In this document: positions 33,198 to 42,921 of the stretch, piece by piece
How the letters are laid out: every line of letters starts with the position of its first letter
How positions within the stretch are numbered: position 1 is the stretch's first letter
Assembly (NCBI GenBank): GCA_013698335.1
Contig: JACCVG010000205.1
Coordinates: forward strand, 1-49,016
Source of the DNA: Thermoleophilaceae bacterium
Lineage (GTDB): Bacteria; Actinomycetota; Thermoleophilia; Solirubrobacterales; Thermoleophilaceae
Direction: 5' to 3'
Length of the DNA stretch: 49,016 bases
Notes under the pieces: generated by a model
Seen by the model: only the letters and a program-made list of their open reading frames with translations
The model's database searches: none
Told to the model about the DNA's origin: nothing
Program-made: the position numbers and the translations under genes

Positions 33198-34042
33198 CGG
33201 ATTCGCTTCAACTCCTCGATCATCGCTTCGCCGAGCGTCGCGCTGTAGACATGGCGCGCCCAGCCGGTCAGGTTCACGTGCAGGTCCTCGCCGACCTCGA
33301 CCTCGAGCTCGCCCCCGTCGAGTTGGACCGTGACGGGGCTCTCGGCGCCCCGCAGGATGGCTGCTATTGCCGCGCCCGTCGCCCCGGTTCCGGAGGAGAG
33401 CGTCTCCCCCACGCCCCGCTCGAAGATCCGCGCGCGGATCGAGTGGTCTGCCGAGCGGCACCAGAACGAGACGTTGGTCCGATTGGGGAACAGCTCGCTG
33501 GCCTCGATCGGTGGCCCGTAGCGGCCGAGGTCGAGTTCGGCGAGCTCTTCCGGTGCGACCTCGATCGCGCATTGCGGGTTGCCGACCTGCACGTGCTGGA
33601 AGGCGAACTCCCGCTCGGCAGAGACGATCGTCCCGACCCCTTCCTCGGATCCGGAAGGAAAGTCGGCCGAGCGCAGTCGCGCCCGCCCCTGATCGACGGT
33701 GCAGGTATCCGGGCCCGTGATCCGCGGACGGATCTCGCCGGCCGCGGTTTCGATCGAGAAGCTGTCGTGCTCGGTCCAGCCGCGCTGGCGCAGGTAGAGG
33801 ATCGCCTGACGCGCGCCGTTGCCGGATAGCTCGGCCTCGGACCCGTCGGGGTTGAAGATGCGTAGCCGCGCCACCATCCCGGGGCTTACGGTCTCGCTCA
33901 GCAAGAGGATCCCGTCGCTGCCCACCCCCGTGTGCGGGGCGCAGAACGCGACGGCCCGTGCGGGCGTGAGCTCGAACGGGAGCTCGCCAGCCTCGACGAT
34001 CGCGTAATCGTTGCCCAGGGCCTGCCATTTCTCGAAGCGCAC
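33194..34042 (-). CDS. dapF: Diaminopimelate epimerase
   Basis: MRFEKWQALGNDYAIVE, FNPDGSEAELSGNGAR and ERGVGETLSSGTGA carry the two catalytic-site regions. Confidence 0.9.
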   Translation of the reverse strand: MRFEKWQALGNDYAIVEAGELPFELTPARAVAFCAPHTGVGSDGILLLSETVSPGMVARLRIFNPDGSEAELSGNGARQAILYLRQRGWTEHDSFSIETAAGEIRPRITGPDTCTVDQGRARLRSADFPSGSEEGVGTIVSAEREFAFQHVQVGNPQCAIEVAPEELAELDLGRYGPPIEASELFPNRTNVSFWCRSADHSIRARIFERGVGETLSSGTGATGAAIAAILRGAESPVTVQLDGGELEVEVGEDLHVNLTGWARHVYSATLGEAMIEELKRIR

Positions 34043-34112
34043 GGTCGGAGAAGCTATCGGGGTGCTGCGACCGGAAGTCGGCCGCCGTGCGACACTTGGC
34101 GCAGGAACGGAC

Positions 34113-34134
34113 GTTCACTCGACCTTCACCGGTA
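34113..34134 (+). promoter_or_regulatory. PHO-box-like tandem 11-nt direct repeat upstream of phoD
   Basis: GTTCACTCGAC (34113-34123) is directly followed by CTTCACCGGTA (34124-34134). The TTCAC core repeats at an 11-nt period, as in actinobacterial PhoP direct-repeat units. The pair ends 29 nt upstream of the proposed TTG start. Confidence 0.45.
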
Positions 34135-34163
34135 CCGCCGCGCGTGCGGGGAGACTGCGCACC

Positions 34164-35768
34164 TTGGATCAACCACTGGACAGACGAACCTTCGTAGGCG
34201 CGGCCGCGGCGGCCGGTGCCCTGACGCTCGCGGGCGATCCGCTGCGTGCGGCGGAGGCAGCCGTGCGCCGGCTCAAGCACGGCGGAGTCGAGCGCGCGCG
34301 GGACGTCACCTTCAAGCAGGGCGTCGCTTCCGGGGATCCGACGGCTCACCGCGCCACGCTCTGGACCCGGGTCGACGGGCTCGAGCGCGATGCGCGCGTG
34401 ACGCTCGAGGTCGCTCGCGACCGCGGGTTCGACCGCGTCGTCGAGCGGCGCGAGGTCGTGGCCCGCAAGCGCGACAACTACGCGGTCAAGGAGCGGGTCA
34501 GCGGACTCGACCCGGGCGAGCAGTACTACTACCGTTTCTTCACCCGCAAGCGCGATTCCGACGTCGGCCGCTTCCGCTCGACCGTTCCGATGGACTCCAA
34601 CCAGCCCGTGAGGGTGGGGGTCTTCAGCTGCCAGGACTACGAGTCCGGCTTCTACCCCGGCCATCGGGCGCTGGCCAATGACGACCTCGACGTCGTCGTC
34701 TGCCTCGGGGACTACATCTACGAGCGCAGCTTCGACGAGTCGAAGGTCCGTGTCGACAAGACGGGGCGCAACGGCGACGGCGAGGTCCAGAGCCTCGCCG
34801 AGTACCGCGACAAGTACGCGCTCTACCACGGTGACCGCGAACTACGGGACCTACGCGCCAACCACGCCCTGATGGCGATCTGGGACGACCACGAGGTCGA
34901 GGACAACTGGGCGGGAGACCGCGCAGGCGACAAGACGATCGATCCGCGAATCGCCTTCCTGAAGCGCCGCCGCAACGGCTTCCGCGCGTTCTTCGAGCAC
35001 ATGCCGCGAATGCGGAACCCGCGCGAGCGGTTCCGTATCTACGACACGCTGCGCTTCGGCCGCAACCTCGAACTGTTCCTGCTCGACGAGCGCCAGTACC
35101 GCTCCGACCAGCCGTGCGATGACCAGGTCCTGGCGCCCTGCCCGGAGAACGAGCGCAACGACCCCTCGCGGACACTGCTCGGCAAGCAGCAGATGAGCTG
35201 GCTCAAGCGCACCCTGCGCGAGTCCGACGCCGTCTGGAAGGCCGTCGCCAACCAGGTGATGATCATGTCGGTCGATTTTCCGGCCGGCAGCCCGATCAAC
35301 CCCGACCAGTGGGACGGATACGGCGCCGACCGCACCGAGCTGCTGACCCACATCCGCGACCAGCGCATCTCCGACGTCGCCTTTTTGACCGGCGACATCC
35401 ACACCTTCTTCGCCGGGGACGTGACACCGACCGGCCGCCAGGGCCCCGCCCAGACCGGTCCACCGCCGGTGGCGACCGAGTTCGTCTGCGGATCGGTCAC
35501 CTCACAGGGCCTGCTCGACAGCGTCGGGCTGAGCGTTCAGCCCGACCTGGGATCGCTGATCGTGGACGGCGCGGTTGCCCCCGGCGACAACCCTCATTTC
35601 CGCTACTCGAACGTCAAGGACAAGGGCTACGCGGTGGTGGAGGCTTCCCGCGACGAGCTGAAGGTCTCTTTCAGGACGCCCGCGAGCGTGAAGAGCAGAA
35701 ATAGCCCGGTCCGCACCTTGAAGGACTTCACGGTCACCCGCGGGATCCCGCGGGTCGAGATCACCTGA
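34164..35768 (+). CDS. phoD: Tat-secreted alkaline phosphatase/phosphodiesterase PhoD
   Basis: The twin-arginine signal is DRRTFVGAAAAAGALTLAG. The PhoD metallophosphatase motifs are VFSCQDY, CLGDYIYE, IWDDHEVEDNW and LTGDIHTF. The start is uncertain. TTG 34164 has a GGGGAG SD 9 nt upstream and avoids overlap with dapF, whereas the ORF-track ATG 34011 overlaps dapF. Confidence 0.8.
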   Translation: MDQPLDRRTFVGAAAAAGALTLAGDPLRAAEAAVRRLKHGGVERARDVTFKQGVASGDPTAHRATLWTRVDGLERDARVTLEVARDRGFDRVVERREVVARKRDNYAVKERVSGLDPGEQYYYRFFTRKRDSDVGRFRSTVPMDSNQPVRVGVFSCQDYESGFYPGHRALANDDLDVVVCLGDYIYERSFDESKVRVDKTGRNGDGEVQSLAEYRDKYALYHGDRELRDLRANHALMAIWDDHEVEDNWAGDRAGDKTIDPRIAFLKRRRNGFRAFFEHMPRMRNPRERFRIYDTLRFGRNLELFLLDERQYRSDQPCDDQVLAPCPENERNDPSRTLLGKQQMSWLKRTLRESDAVWKAVANQVMIMSVDFPAGSPINPDQWDGYGADRTELLTHIRDQRISDVAFLTGDIHTFFAGDVTPTGRQGPAQTGPPPVATEFVCGSVTSQGLLDSVGLSVQPDLGSLIVDGAVAPGDNPHFRYSNVKDKGYAVVEASRDELKVSFRTPASVKSRNSPVRTLKDFTVTRGIPRVEIT

Positions 35769-35774
35769 TCCGGG

Positions 35775-36695
35775 TTAGGCCTCCGCGAGCGCCGCGACGA
35801 TCGTCGCGGCCGCTGTCGTCGGGCTCTGTGCCGTGACGTCGATCAGCTCGACACCCGGCAGCTTGCGCATCCAGGTCAGCTGGCGCTTGGCGTACTGGCG
35901 GGTGCGGCGCTGCATTCGCTCGACGTCACCCACGAGCAGTTCCTCGAATCCGATCGCCGCGCGCGCGGTTGCGCTCGCGCCGGCGGCATCGGCCAAACGC
36001 ACCTCCTCCTCGGCGCCCAGCGCCACCATGTCCTCGACGCGGGCCTCGATCCTGGCGTAGAGGTCGTCACGGTCGCGGACGAGGCCGAACAGCCGCGTCG
36101 GCACGCGCGTCGTGTCCGTCCACAACTCGCCCGCCCCAGCCCGCACCGCCGGCGGCGCATCCATCTCGAGTAGCTCGAGGGCCCTCAGAACCCGCGAGCG
36201 GTCGTTGTGGCCGATCCGCGCGGCCCTCGCGGGCGCGATCTCGGCGAGGCGCGCATACAGGTGGCGCAACCCGACCGCCTCCAGCTCCCGCTCCAGGCTG
36301 GCACGCACGGCGGGGGGCGCCGGCGGGCCCATCTCGAGGTGCGCGAGCGCCGCCCGCAGGTAGAGCCCGGTGCCCCCAACCACCAGCGGCGATCGCCCGC
36401 CTGCCAGCGCCGCGTCTATCTCGGTGTGGGCGAGTTCGGCGAAGCGTCCGGCCGAGAACGTCTCCCAGATCGGCACGAAGGAGATCAGCCGGTGCTCGAG
36501 CTGCGCCTGCTCCTCGGCACTCGCCGACCCGCTGAGGATCGCGAGCCCCTCGTAGACCTGGATCGCATCGGCAGAGATCGCGACCGGGTCCTCGCCGCGG
36601 GCCTTCAGCCGCTTGGCGACCTCGACGGCGACGGCGGTCTTGCCGACCCCGGTCGGACCGAAGATCGCGATCAGAGGCGCTCCCGGCCCGGCCAC
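35775..36695 (-). CDS. miaA: tRNA dimethylallyltransferase
   Basis: The P-loop is IAIFGPTGVGKTAVA. ISADAIQVYEGLAILS and YAKRQLTWMR are present. GTG 36695 is the only in-frame start after the miaB stop at 36706-36708. Confidence 0.88.
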   Translation of the reverse strand: MAGPGAPLIAIFGPTGVGKTAVAVEVAKRLKARGEDPVAISADAIQVYEGLAILSGSASAEEQAQLEHRLISFVPIWETFSAGRFAELAHTEIDAALAGGRSPLVVGGTGLYLRAALAHLEMGPPAPPAVRASLERELEAVGLRHLYARLAEIAPARAARIGHNDRSRVLRALELLEMDAPPAVRAGAGELWTDTTRVPTRLFGLVRDRDDLYARIEARVEDMVALGAEEEVRLADAAGASATARAAIGFEELLVGDVERMQRRTRQYAKRQLTWMRKLPGVELIDVTAQSPTTAAATIVAALAEA

Positions 36696-36705
36696 GAGGT
36701 GCCGC

Positions 36706-38025
36706 TCATCGGAGGCGGGCGAGCAGGCGCTCGCTACCGGCGAGCGTGGTGCTCGTGGCCGAGCTGATCTCGACTTCGACCAGTTCGCCGGGCCCCGCCG
36801 CCCCGTCGAAGTTGACGGTCTTGTTGTGACGGATCCGGCCACGCAGCCGCGCCGGGTCGGTTCTGGAAGCGCCCTCCACGAGAACCTCCATGTCACGACC
36901 GATGAACCGCTGGGATCGTTCTCGAGCGCGGCGCTGAACGAGCGGCACGAGCCGTTCCATGCGCTCGCGCTTGACGCTGTGGGGCAGCTGGTCGGGAAGA
37001 TCGGCAGCCAGCGTTCCCCGGCGCGCCGAGAAGACGAAGGTGAAGGCCGAGTCGTACCCAACGCGGTCGACGACCTCCAGTGTCTCCAGGAAGTCCTCCT
37101 CGGTCTCGCCCGGAAATCCGACGATGATGTCGGTGCTCAGCGCGCAATCGGGCACGATCTCCCGAATCATGTCCACGCGGTCGAGATAGCGCGGCCTGTC
37201 GTAGGTGCGGCGCATCGCCTTGAGGATCCGGCTGGACCCGGCCTGCAGCGGGAGGTGGATGTGCTCGCAGACTGACGCGAGCTCGGCGTGAGCCCGTACG
37301 ACGTCCTCGCGCATGTCCTTCGGATGCGGGCTCGTGTAGCGGATCCGCTCGATGCCCTCGACGGCATCGACCATCGCCAGCAGCTCGGCGAAGGTCGCTT
37401 TCGCCCCGACCGGCAGATCCCGGCCGTAGGAGTTGACGTTCTGGCCGAGCAGGGTCACCTCGCGAACCCCTTCTGAGGCCAGCCGCTCTACCTCGGCGAC
37501 CAGCTTGTGGGGCGCGCGGCTGGCCTCCCGGCCGCGCGTCGAAGGAACGATGCAGTATGCACAGACACAGTTGCAGCCGACCGACACCTGCACCCAGGCC
37601 TGGTGTTCCCGCGCCCGGTGGGCGGGCAGCTCTCCCGGGAAGCCCTCGAACTCGAAGTACCCCTGCGCCGTCAGGCTGTCGCTCGTGAGGAACTCGGCGA
37701 GCTTGTGGATCTGCCCCGGCCCAAAGGCGACGTCGACGAACGGAAAGCGGGCGAACACCTCGTCCTTGACCGATTGCGCCCAGCAACCCCCGACGCCGAC
37801 GACCCGCGTCGGATCCTCGGCCTTCAGCCGCTTGGCCTCGCCGAGATGGCCGATGAAGCGGTTGTCGGCCGACTCCCGGATCGAGCAGGTATTGAAGAGG
37901 ATCAGATCCGCATCCCCTCGCTCCTGGACCTCGCCATAGCCGAGCGCAACCAGCATCCCCTTCATCCGCTCGGAGTCGTGCTCGTTCATCTGGCAGCCGA
38001 ACGTCGTCAGGTGAAAGCCCTTCAT
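36706..38025 (-). CDS. miaB: tRNA (N6-isopentenyl adenosine(37)-C2)-methylthiotransferase
   Basis: The UPF0004 N-domain is present (TFGCQMNEHDSE). The radical-SAM CxxxCxxC is seen as CNCVCAYC. A TRAM-type C-terminus is present. ATG 38025 gives MKGFHL; the alternative GTG 38034 adds 3 codons. Confidence 0.9.
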   Translation of the reverse strand: MKGFHLTTFGCQMNEHDSERMKGMLVALGYGEVQERGDADLILFNTCSIRESADNRFIGHLGEAKRLKAEDPTRVVGVGGCWAQSVKDEVFARFPFVDVAFGPGQIHKLAEFLTSDSLTAQGYFEFEGFPGELPAHRAREHQAWVQVSVGCNCVCAYCIVPSTRGREASRAPHKLVAEVERLASEGVREVTLLGQNVNSYGRDLPVGAKATFAELLAMVDAVEGIERIRYTSPHPKDMREDVVRAHAELASVCEHIHLPLQAGSSRILKAMRRTYDRPRYLDRVDMIREIVPDCALSTDIIVGFPGETEEDFLETLEVVDRVGYDSAFTFVFSARRGTLAADLPDQLPHSVKRERMERLVPLVQRRARERSQRFIGRDMEVLVEGASRTDPARLRGRIRHNKTVNFDGAAGPGELVEVEISSATSTTLAGSERLLARLR

Positions 38026-38068
38026 CGCCCCCACGATAGACGTCCGCGCTGCGGCTGAATCGACAGGC

Positions 38069-39430
38069 CTACTTGGCGTAGTCGATCGCCCGGCTCTCGC
38101 GGATGACGGTCACCTTGATCTGCCCTGCGTACTCGAGCTCCCGCTCGAGATCTCGGGCGATCTGGCGCGAGAGGATCGTTGCCTGGTCATCATCCACGGC
38201 CTCGGGCCGCACGATGATCCGTAGTTCGCGCCCGGCCTGCATCGCGTAGACCTTCTCGACCCCGTCGTGCCGCGTGGCGATCTGCTCGAGGTCGTGCATC
38301 CGCTTGACATAACCCTCTAAGGACTCCCCTCGCGCCCCGGGTCTCGCGCCCGACAGCGCATCGGCAATCTGGACGATCACCGCTTCGACGGTCTGGACGT
38401 CGACCTCGTTGTGATGCGCCTCCATCGCGTGAACCACCGCTTCGGGCTCACCGTGACGACGGGCGATCTCGCCGCCCACGAGCGCATGAGGGCCGTCTAC
38501 CTCGTGCGAGACGGCCTTTCCAATGTCGTGCAGCAGTGCAGCGCGTCGAGACGCCGTCTGGTTGGCGCCGAGCTCGGCCGCGATCAGGGCCGCGAGCCGC
38601 GCGCATTCGATCGAGTGGGCGAGCACGTTCTGTCCGTAACTCGTTCGGTAGTGCAGGCGGCCGAGCAGCTTCACGAGCTCCGGGTGAACGGTCCCGACAC
38701 CCGCCTCGAACGCCGCCTGCTCCCCTACCTCGATCACGCGATTGTCGATCTCGGACCGGCACTGGTAGAAGACCTCTTCAATCCGTGCCGGATGAACGCG
38801 GCCGTCAAGCAGCAGCCGCTCGAGCGTGAGTCGGGCGATCTCCCGCCGCATCCCGTCGAAGCCCGACAGGACGACGAGCCCGGGTGTGTCGTCGATGATG
38901 ATGTCGATTCCGGTGAGCGTCTCGAGTGCTCGGATGTTGCGCCCCTCGCGCCCTATGATCCGTCCCTTCATGTCATCGGAGGCCAAGGGGACGGCGGAGA
39001 CGGTCGTCTCGGCTGCATGTCCGGCGGCGATTCGCTGCATCGCGGCGGCGAGGATGCTGCGGGCGCGGCGATCCGCGTCGTGGCGGGTCTCCTCCTCCGA
39101 CCGGCGGATCGCCCGGGCGTGCTCGTGGCGGAGCTCCTCTTCGAGCCGCTCGAGCAGCTGGGCCTTCGCCTGGCTCGCGCTCAGCCCGGCAATCCGCTCG
39201 AGCGCCGTGGTCTGGGTGGCTCGCTCTGCCTCCAGTGCGGCGCGCTCGGCGCCGACCTCGGCGACCTGGCCGGCGAGCAGCCGCTGCCGCTCGGCAAGAT
39301 CGCTCAACGCCGCCGACAGACCATCGCGCTCGCCGGCGGGCTCACGCGCCGTCGTGCGGTCGCGCAGCGCGACCAGCGCGACGACAGCGACGGCCAGTGC
39401 ACCAGCGATTCCTGCAAGCAGGATCTCCAT
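38069..39430 (-). CDS. rny: Ribonuclease Y
   Basis: An N-terminal TM helix is followed by a coiled coil. The KH domain is GRIIGREGRNIRALE. The HD domain is LLHDIGKA...HH. GGAGGG Shine-Dalgarno lies upstream. Confidence 0.9.
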   Translation of the reverse strand: MEILLAGIAGALAVAVVALVALRDRTTAREPAGERDGLSAALSDLAERQRLLAGQVAEVGAERAALEAERATQTTALERIAGLSASQAKAQLLERLEEELRHEHARAIRRSEEETRHDADRRARSILAAAMQRIAAGHAAETTVSAVPLASDDMKGRIIGREGRNIRALETLTGIDIIIDDTPGLVVLSGFDGMRREIARLTLERLLLDGRVHPARIEEVFYQCRSEIDNRVIEVGEQAAFEAGVGTVHPELVKLLGRLHYRTSYGQNVLAHSIECARLAALIAAELGANQTASRRAALLHDIGKAVSHEVDGPHALVGGEIARRHGEPEAVVHAMEAHHNEVDVQTVEAVIVQIADALSGARPGARGESLEGYVKRMHDLEQIATRHDGVEKVYAMQAGRELRIIVRPEAVDDDQATILSRQIARDLERELEYAGQIKVTVIRESRAIDYAK

Positions 39431-39546
39431 GAGTCACGCCCTCCGGCTATGCAGTTGCTAGGGGTTCTCGTTGAGAACGTCTCGCTGGACGTCCGAGCCC
39501 GGCGCCTCTGTTGGCACCGGGCCTACCCCAACCTTACGAGACGCAC

Positions 39547-39574
39547 GCGGTCGCCGATCAACCTCGGCGACCGC
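39547..39574 (-). terminator. 11-bp GC hairpin 18 nt downstream of the recA stop
   Basis: GCGGTCGCCGA (39547-39557) pairs with TCGGCGACCGC (39564-39574). The loop is 6 nt. There is no U-tract. Confidence 0.45.
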
Positions 39575-39591
39575 AGGACGGACCGCAGCGG

Positions 39592-40698
39592 CTAAGCGGC
39601 CTGCTGCTCGGGGGCCGGTTCGGGCTCTGGAAGAGGCGCCTCGTCTCCTACCGCGACGATCGGGACCGGGACGGCCTTGCCCCCCCGGTCGAGCCCGAGG
39701 GCGGTGTAGATCCGGTCCTCGATCGCTCGAGCGATCTCGGGGTGCTCGCGCAGGAACCCTTTGACATTGTTGCGACCCTGCCCGAGACGCTCCTCGTTGA
39801 ACGAGAAGAACGACCCTGACTTCTCGACGACGTTGTGCTCGATCGCGAGGTCGAGGATGCAGCCCTCCGAGGAGATGCCGATGCCATAGTCGATGTCGAA
39901 CTCGGCCTGGCGGAACGGCGCCGCGACCTTGTTCTTGACCACCTTCACCCGTACCCGGTTGCCGACCGCCTCGGTCCCGTCCTTGAGCGTCTCGATTCGC
40001 CGGATGTCGAGCCGCTGCGAGGAGTAGAACTTCAGCGCGCGACCGCCCGGCTGCGTCTCGGGAGAGCCGAACATGACGCCGATCTTCTCGCGGATCTGGT
40101 TGGTGAACACGCACAGCGTGCCGGTCCGGTTCAGGTTGCCCGCGAGCTTGCGCATCGCCTGGCTCATCATCCGAGCCTGGAGCCCGACGGTCTGGTCGCC
40201 CATCGCGCCCTCGAGCTCGGCCTTCGGCGTCAGCGCCGCGACCGAGTCGATCGCGACGACGTCGACGGCGCCCGAGCGGATCAGGAGGTCGGCGATCTCG
40301 AGCGCCTGCTCCCCATGATCGGGCTGTGACACCAGCAACTCGTCGACGTCGAGGCCGATCCGGGCGGCGTAGACGGGATCCATCGCGTGCTCGGCATCGA
40401 TGAAGGCGCAGACGCCGCCGAGCCGCTGAGCCTCGGCGATGATGTGGTACACGAGCGTCGTCTTGCCCGATGACTCCGGGCCGAAGATCTCGACGATTCG
40501 GCCGCGTGGCAGACCGCCGACGCCGAGCGCGAGGTCGAGTGACAGGGCTCCGGTGGGGATCGCCGAGACGGGAACGATTGCGTCGTCGTCACCCATCCGC
40601 ATGATCGATCCCTTGCCGAACGCGCGTTCGATCTGGGTCAGCGCGCCCGAGAGAGCCGAATCACGCGCCTTTGCTGCCTTTTCCTGTTCCTTGTCCAT
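39592..40698 (-). CDS. recA: Recombinase RecA
   Basis: [19 protein letters not shown] is present. Walker A is [17 protein letters not shown] is present. A strong GAGGAGG SD lies upstream. A short Pro/Glu-rich C-terminal tail is present. Confidence 0.95.
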   Translation of the reverse strand: MDKEQEKAAKARDSALSGALTQIERAFGKGSIMRMGDDDAIVPVSAIPTGALSLDLALGVGGLPRGRIVEIFGPESSGKTTLVYHIIAEAQRLGGVCAFIDAEHAMDPVYAARIGLDVDELLVSQPDHGEQALEIADLLIRSGAVDVVAIDSVAALTPKAELEGAMGDQTVGLQARMMSQAMRKLAGNLNRTGTLCVFTNQIREKIGVMFGSPETQPGGRALKFYSSQRLDIRRIETLKDGTEAVGNRVRVKVVKNKVAAPFRQAEFDIDYGIGISSEGCILDLAIEHNVVEKSGSFFSFNEERLGQGRNNVKGFLREHPEIARAIEDRIYTALGLDRGGKAVPVPIVAVGDEAPLPEPEPAPEQQAA

Positions 40699-40789
40699 GG
40701 TTCCTCCTCGAAGTCTTGGTTCGGGGAGCCTAGGAACCAGTTCGGACGTGATGGTGGCGCAGGCGTGACGGTTCTGCGCTCACGGAGTG

Positions 40790-42082
40790 CTAAAGCGGGA
40801 ACTCCTCGCCACGCAGCAGTCGCCTCAGCAGATGCATCCCGAATGTGGTCGAGCGGTCGCGGATCTCCGTCCGGTTGCCGGGCATGGTCATCGAGCGGGC
40901 AAGCAGGGCGCCGTCGGAGCGCTTGGCGCACCAGCAGACGTAGCCGACGGGCTTCTCCTCGGTCCCTCCTCCGGGTCCGGCAATACCGGTGATCGCCAGC
41001 GCCGTATCGGCGGCCAGGCGCTCCAGCGCCCCATCGGCCATCGCCTCGGCGGCCTCCGGCGAAACCGCCCCGTGGCGTTCGAGCAACGCGCCGTCGACGC
41101 CGAGCAGCTCCCGCTTGGCCGCATCGGCATAGGCGACGATCGCGCCGGCCACGTAGGCCGAGGCACCGGGCCGGTCGATCAGCCGCGCGGCCATCAGCCC
41201 CCCGGTGCACGATTCCGCAAGCGCCAGGGAGCGGCCGGTGAGCAGTTCGGCAACCTGGTCATCGACCAGCGAGCCGTCGGTTGAAAAGAGCGTCCGGGCG
41301 TGGCGCTCTCCCACGATCTCGGCGATCCGGTCCCAGGTCGCCTGGGCGGCCGGTTGCCAGCGTGCGACGAGCTCCACCTCGCCGCGGCGCAGACAGGTCG
41401 TGATCTCGACCTCGGCGAACGGCGGTCCGAGCTCGTCTTCGGCGAGCCTCAGGGTCTCCGCGATCTCCGACTCCGGAATCCCGAAGATCCGCAGCATCTG
41501 CCCGCGGTACTCCCCCGCCCCGGCGATCGCGCGCTGGAACTCGGCCGTCGCGACCGCGGCAGGCCACATCTGGTGCAGCTCCCGGGGCGGCCCCGGGAGG
41601 ACCACGACGGTCGGCTTGCCGTCCGACTGCGGTGGCACTACCGCTCCGGGTGCCGTCCCGGCGGGATCCAGGACCGACGCCCCCTCGGGCAGAATCGCCT
41701 GCTTGCGGTTAGCGGCGAGGACCGCCTCCGGATCGAGGTCCGGCCAGCGCTTCATCAGGGGTTCGAGAATCGCCGCGATCCGCGCCTCGACCGCCGCGTC
41801 GAGCCGCATCTCGCGGCCGCAGAAGCGCGCGACGACGGCCATCGTCAGGTCGTCGGCCGTCGGGCCCAGCCCGCCGCTCGTCACGATCACCTCGACCCCC
41901 TCGCCGGCCAGAAAGCGGAGCTGGGCCTCCATGTCCTCCGGTCGATCGCCGCAGATCGTGATGTGGGCGAGGTCGACGCCGAGCTCGCTGAGCTGCTCGC
42001 CGACCCACGGACCGTTGCGGTCACGCACCCGGCCGGTCAGAACCTCAGTGCCGGTGACCACGATTCCCGCCCGTACGCTCAC
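40790..42082 (-). CDS. cinA: Competence/damage-inducible protein CinA (MoCF-like domain + PncC NMN amidohydrolase domain)
   Basis: The N-terminus is [20 protein letters not shown]...[13 protein letters not shown]. The C-terminus has [13 protein letters not shown]. The GTG start overlaps the upstream gene stop (GTGA). Confidence 0.88.
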   Translation of the reverse strand: MSVRAGIVVTGTEVLTGRVRDRNGPWVGEQLSELGVDLAHITICGDRPEDMEAQLRFLAGEGVEVIVTSGGLGPTADDLTMAVVARFCGREMRLDAAVEARIAAILEPLMKRWPDLDPEAVLAANRKQAILPEGASVLDPAGTAPGAVVPPQSDGKPTVVVLPGPPRELHQMWPAAVATAEFQRAIAGAGEYRGQMLRIFGIPESEIAETLRLAEDELGPPFAEVEITTCLRRGEVELVARWQPAAQATWDRIAEIVGERHARTLFSTDGSLVDDQVAELLTGRSLALAESCTGGLMAARLIDRPGASAYVAGAIVAYADAAKRELLGVDGALLERHGAVSPEAAEAMADGALERLAADTALAITGIAGPGGGTEEKPVGYVCWCAKRSDGALLARSMTMPGNRTEIRDRSTTFGMHLLRRLLRGEEFPL

Positions 42083-42873
42083 AGCTGACAGGGTCGCTCG
42101 CCGTCGGGGATCTCGCGCTCGCTCTTCGCGTTGAAGCGATACCCGATCGGATTCGGGCCGCCCTCGATGTCGACCGTCTCGCCGTTGACCGAGATCTTCG
42201 CCTGGCCGTTCCCGAGATTGACCCTCAGGACCTTCCCTTTGAATCGCTCGGCTTCGGAGATCGTCTCCTCGAAGAGGACTTCTCCGGCGCCGTCGTCGAC
42301 GCAGGTGTAGGTCGGCGTCGCGGGGGCGATCTCGAGTGTAATCGGCCCGTTAGAGCGGTCGCGCTTGGATTCCCGCCGACCGCCGGCTCGCTGCTTGGCT
42401 TCCGTGTCCGTCTCGGTCTTGACGGCGCCGACCGGCGGCGGGGTCGGATCGTCGCCGTCGTCGTCGCCCGACACGAGACCGATCACCAGCAGTCCGGCGA
42501 CGATCGCCACGGCCGCGGCGGCGACCAGCGGTAGCGGGCCGCTGAGCATCGGGGCGGGCCCGGCCAAGCCTCGGTCTCGGGTCCCGCGCCGGCCCGCCGC
42601 GCCGGGAGCGAAGGGCGTCAGGGGCTCATCTTCGGTGACGGCGCCGTGCTCGGCCCGGTAGGCCTCGACGAGCAGGGCACCGTCAAGTCCCAGGTACTCC
42701 GCGTAGGTACGTAGGAAGGTGCGTACGTAGGTCGGCCCGGGGAGTTGGTCGAACTCCTCGTTCTCGAGCGCGCGCAGGTACTTCCCCCGGATCTTCGTCT
42801 GGGCCGAGACCTCGCCGATGTCGACGTTGTGGCGGAGTCGCGCCTCGCGCAGACTCTCTCCGATCGCAGGCAT
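42079..42873 (-). CDS. RodZ-like HTH (XRE-type) membrane protein with a DUF4115-like C-domain
   Basis: [61 protein letters not shown] is the typical RodZ N-terminus. It is followed by a TM helix ([19 protein letters not shown]) and a beta-rich C-domain. Confidence 0.75.
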   Translation of the reverse strand: MPAIGESLREARLRHNVDIGEVSAQTKIRGKYLRALENEEFDQLPGPTYVRTFLRTYAEYLGLDGALLVEAYRAEHGAVTEDEPLTPFAPGAAGRRGTRDRGLAGPAPMLSGPLPLVAAAAVAIVAGLLVIGLVSGDDDGDDPTPPPVGAVKTETDTEAKQRAGGRRESKRDRSNGPITLEIAPATPTYTCVDDGAGEVLFEETISEAERFKGKVLRVNLGNGQAKISVNGETVDIEGGPNPIGYRFNAKSEREIPDGERPCQL

Positions 42874-42921
42874 GCGTGGCGCATTCTGTCAGCGCGCCGT
42901 CATGGCGGGTAGGAACGGGCG

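Noticed and set aside
34011-34163. The ATG 34011 start for phoD given by the ORF track.
   Set aside because: It would overlap the divergent dapF start (34042). It would also put about 50 non-signal residues ahead of the twin-arginine motif. TTG 34164 has an SD and gives a canonical Tat signal. The choice remains uncertain, and GTG near 34059 is another option.
32034-34829. A 931-aa minus-strand ORF that looks like a giant fusion protein.
   Set aside because: Only its last 387 codons (from ATG 33197) look like a real protein, the DapL-type aminotransferase. Upstream, the frame runs out of phase through dapF and antisense through phoD, giving Arg/Gly/Pro-rich junk.
40699-40789. A possible LexA/SOS (Cheo-type GAAC-N4-GTTC) box upstream of recA.
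   Set aside because: The spacer contains several GAAC/GTTC half-sites. They are GTTC at 40719-22, GAAC at 40734-37, GTTC at 40740-43 and GTTC at 40771-74. The only inverted pair in the right orientation is GAAC-CA-GTTC with a 2-nt spacer, and TCGAAGTCTTGGTTCG does not align with TCGAAC-N4-GTTCGA. The LexA motif of this lineage is unknown to me, so I could not support a call. It could be revisited by motif discovery across the recA, lexA, dinB and uvrA promoters of the same genome.
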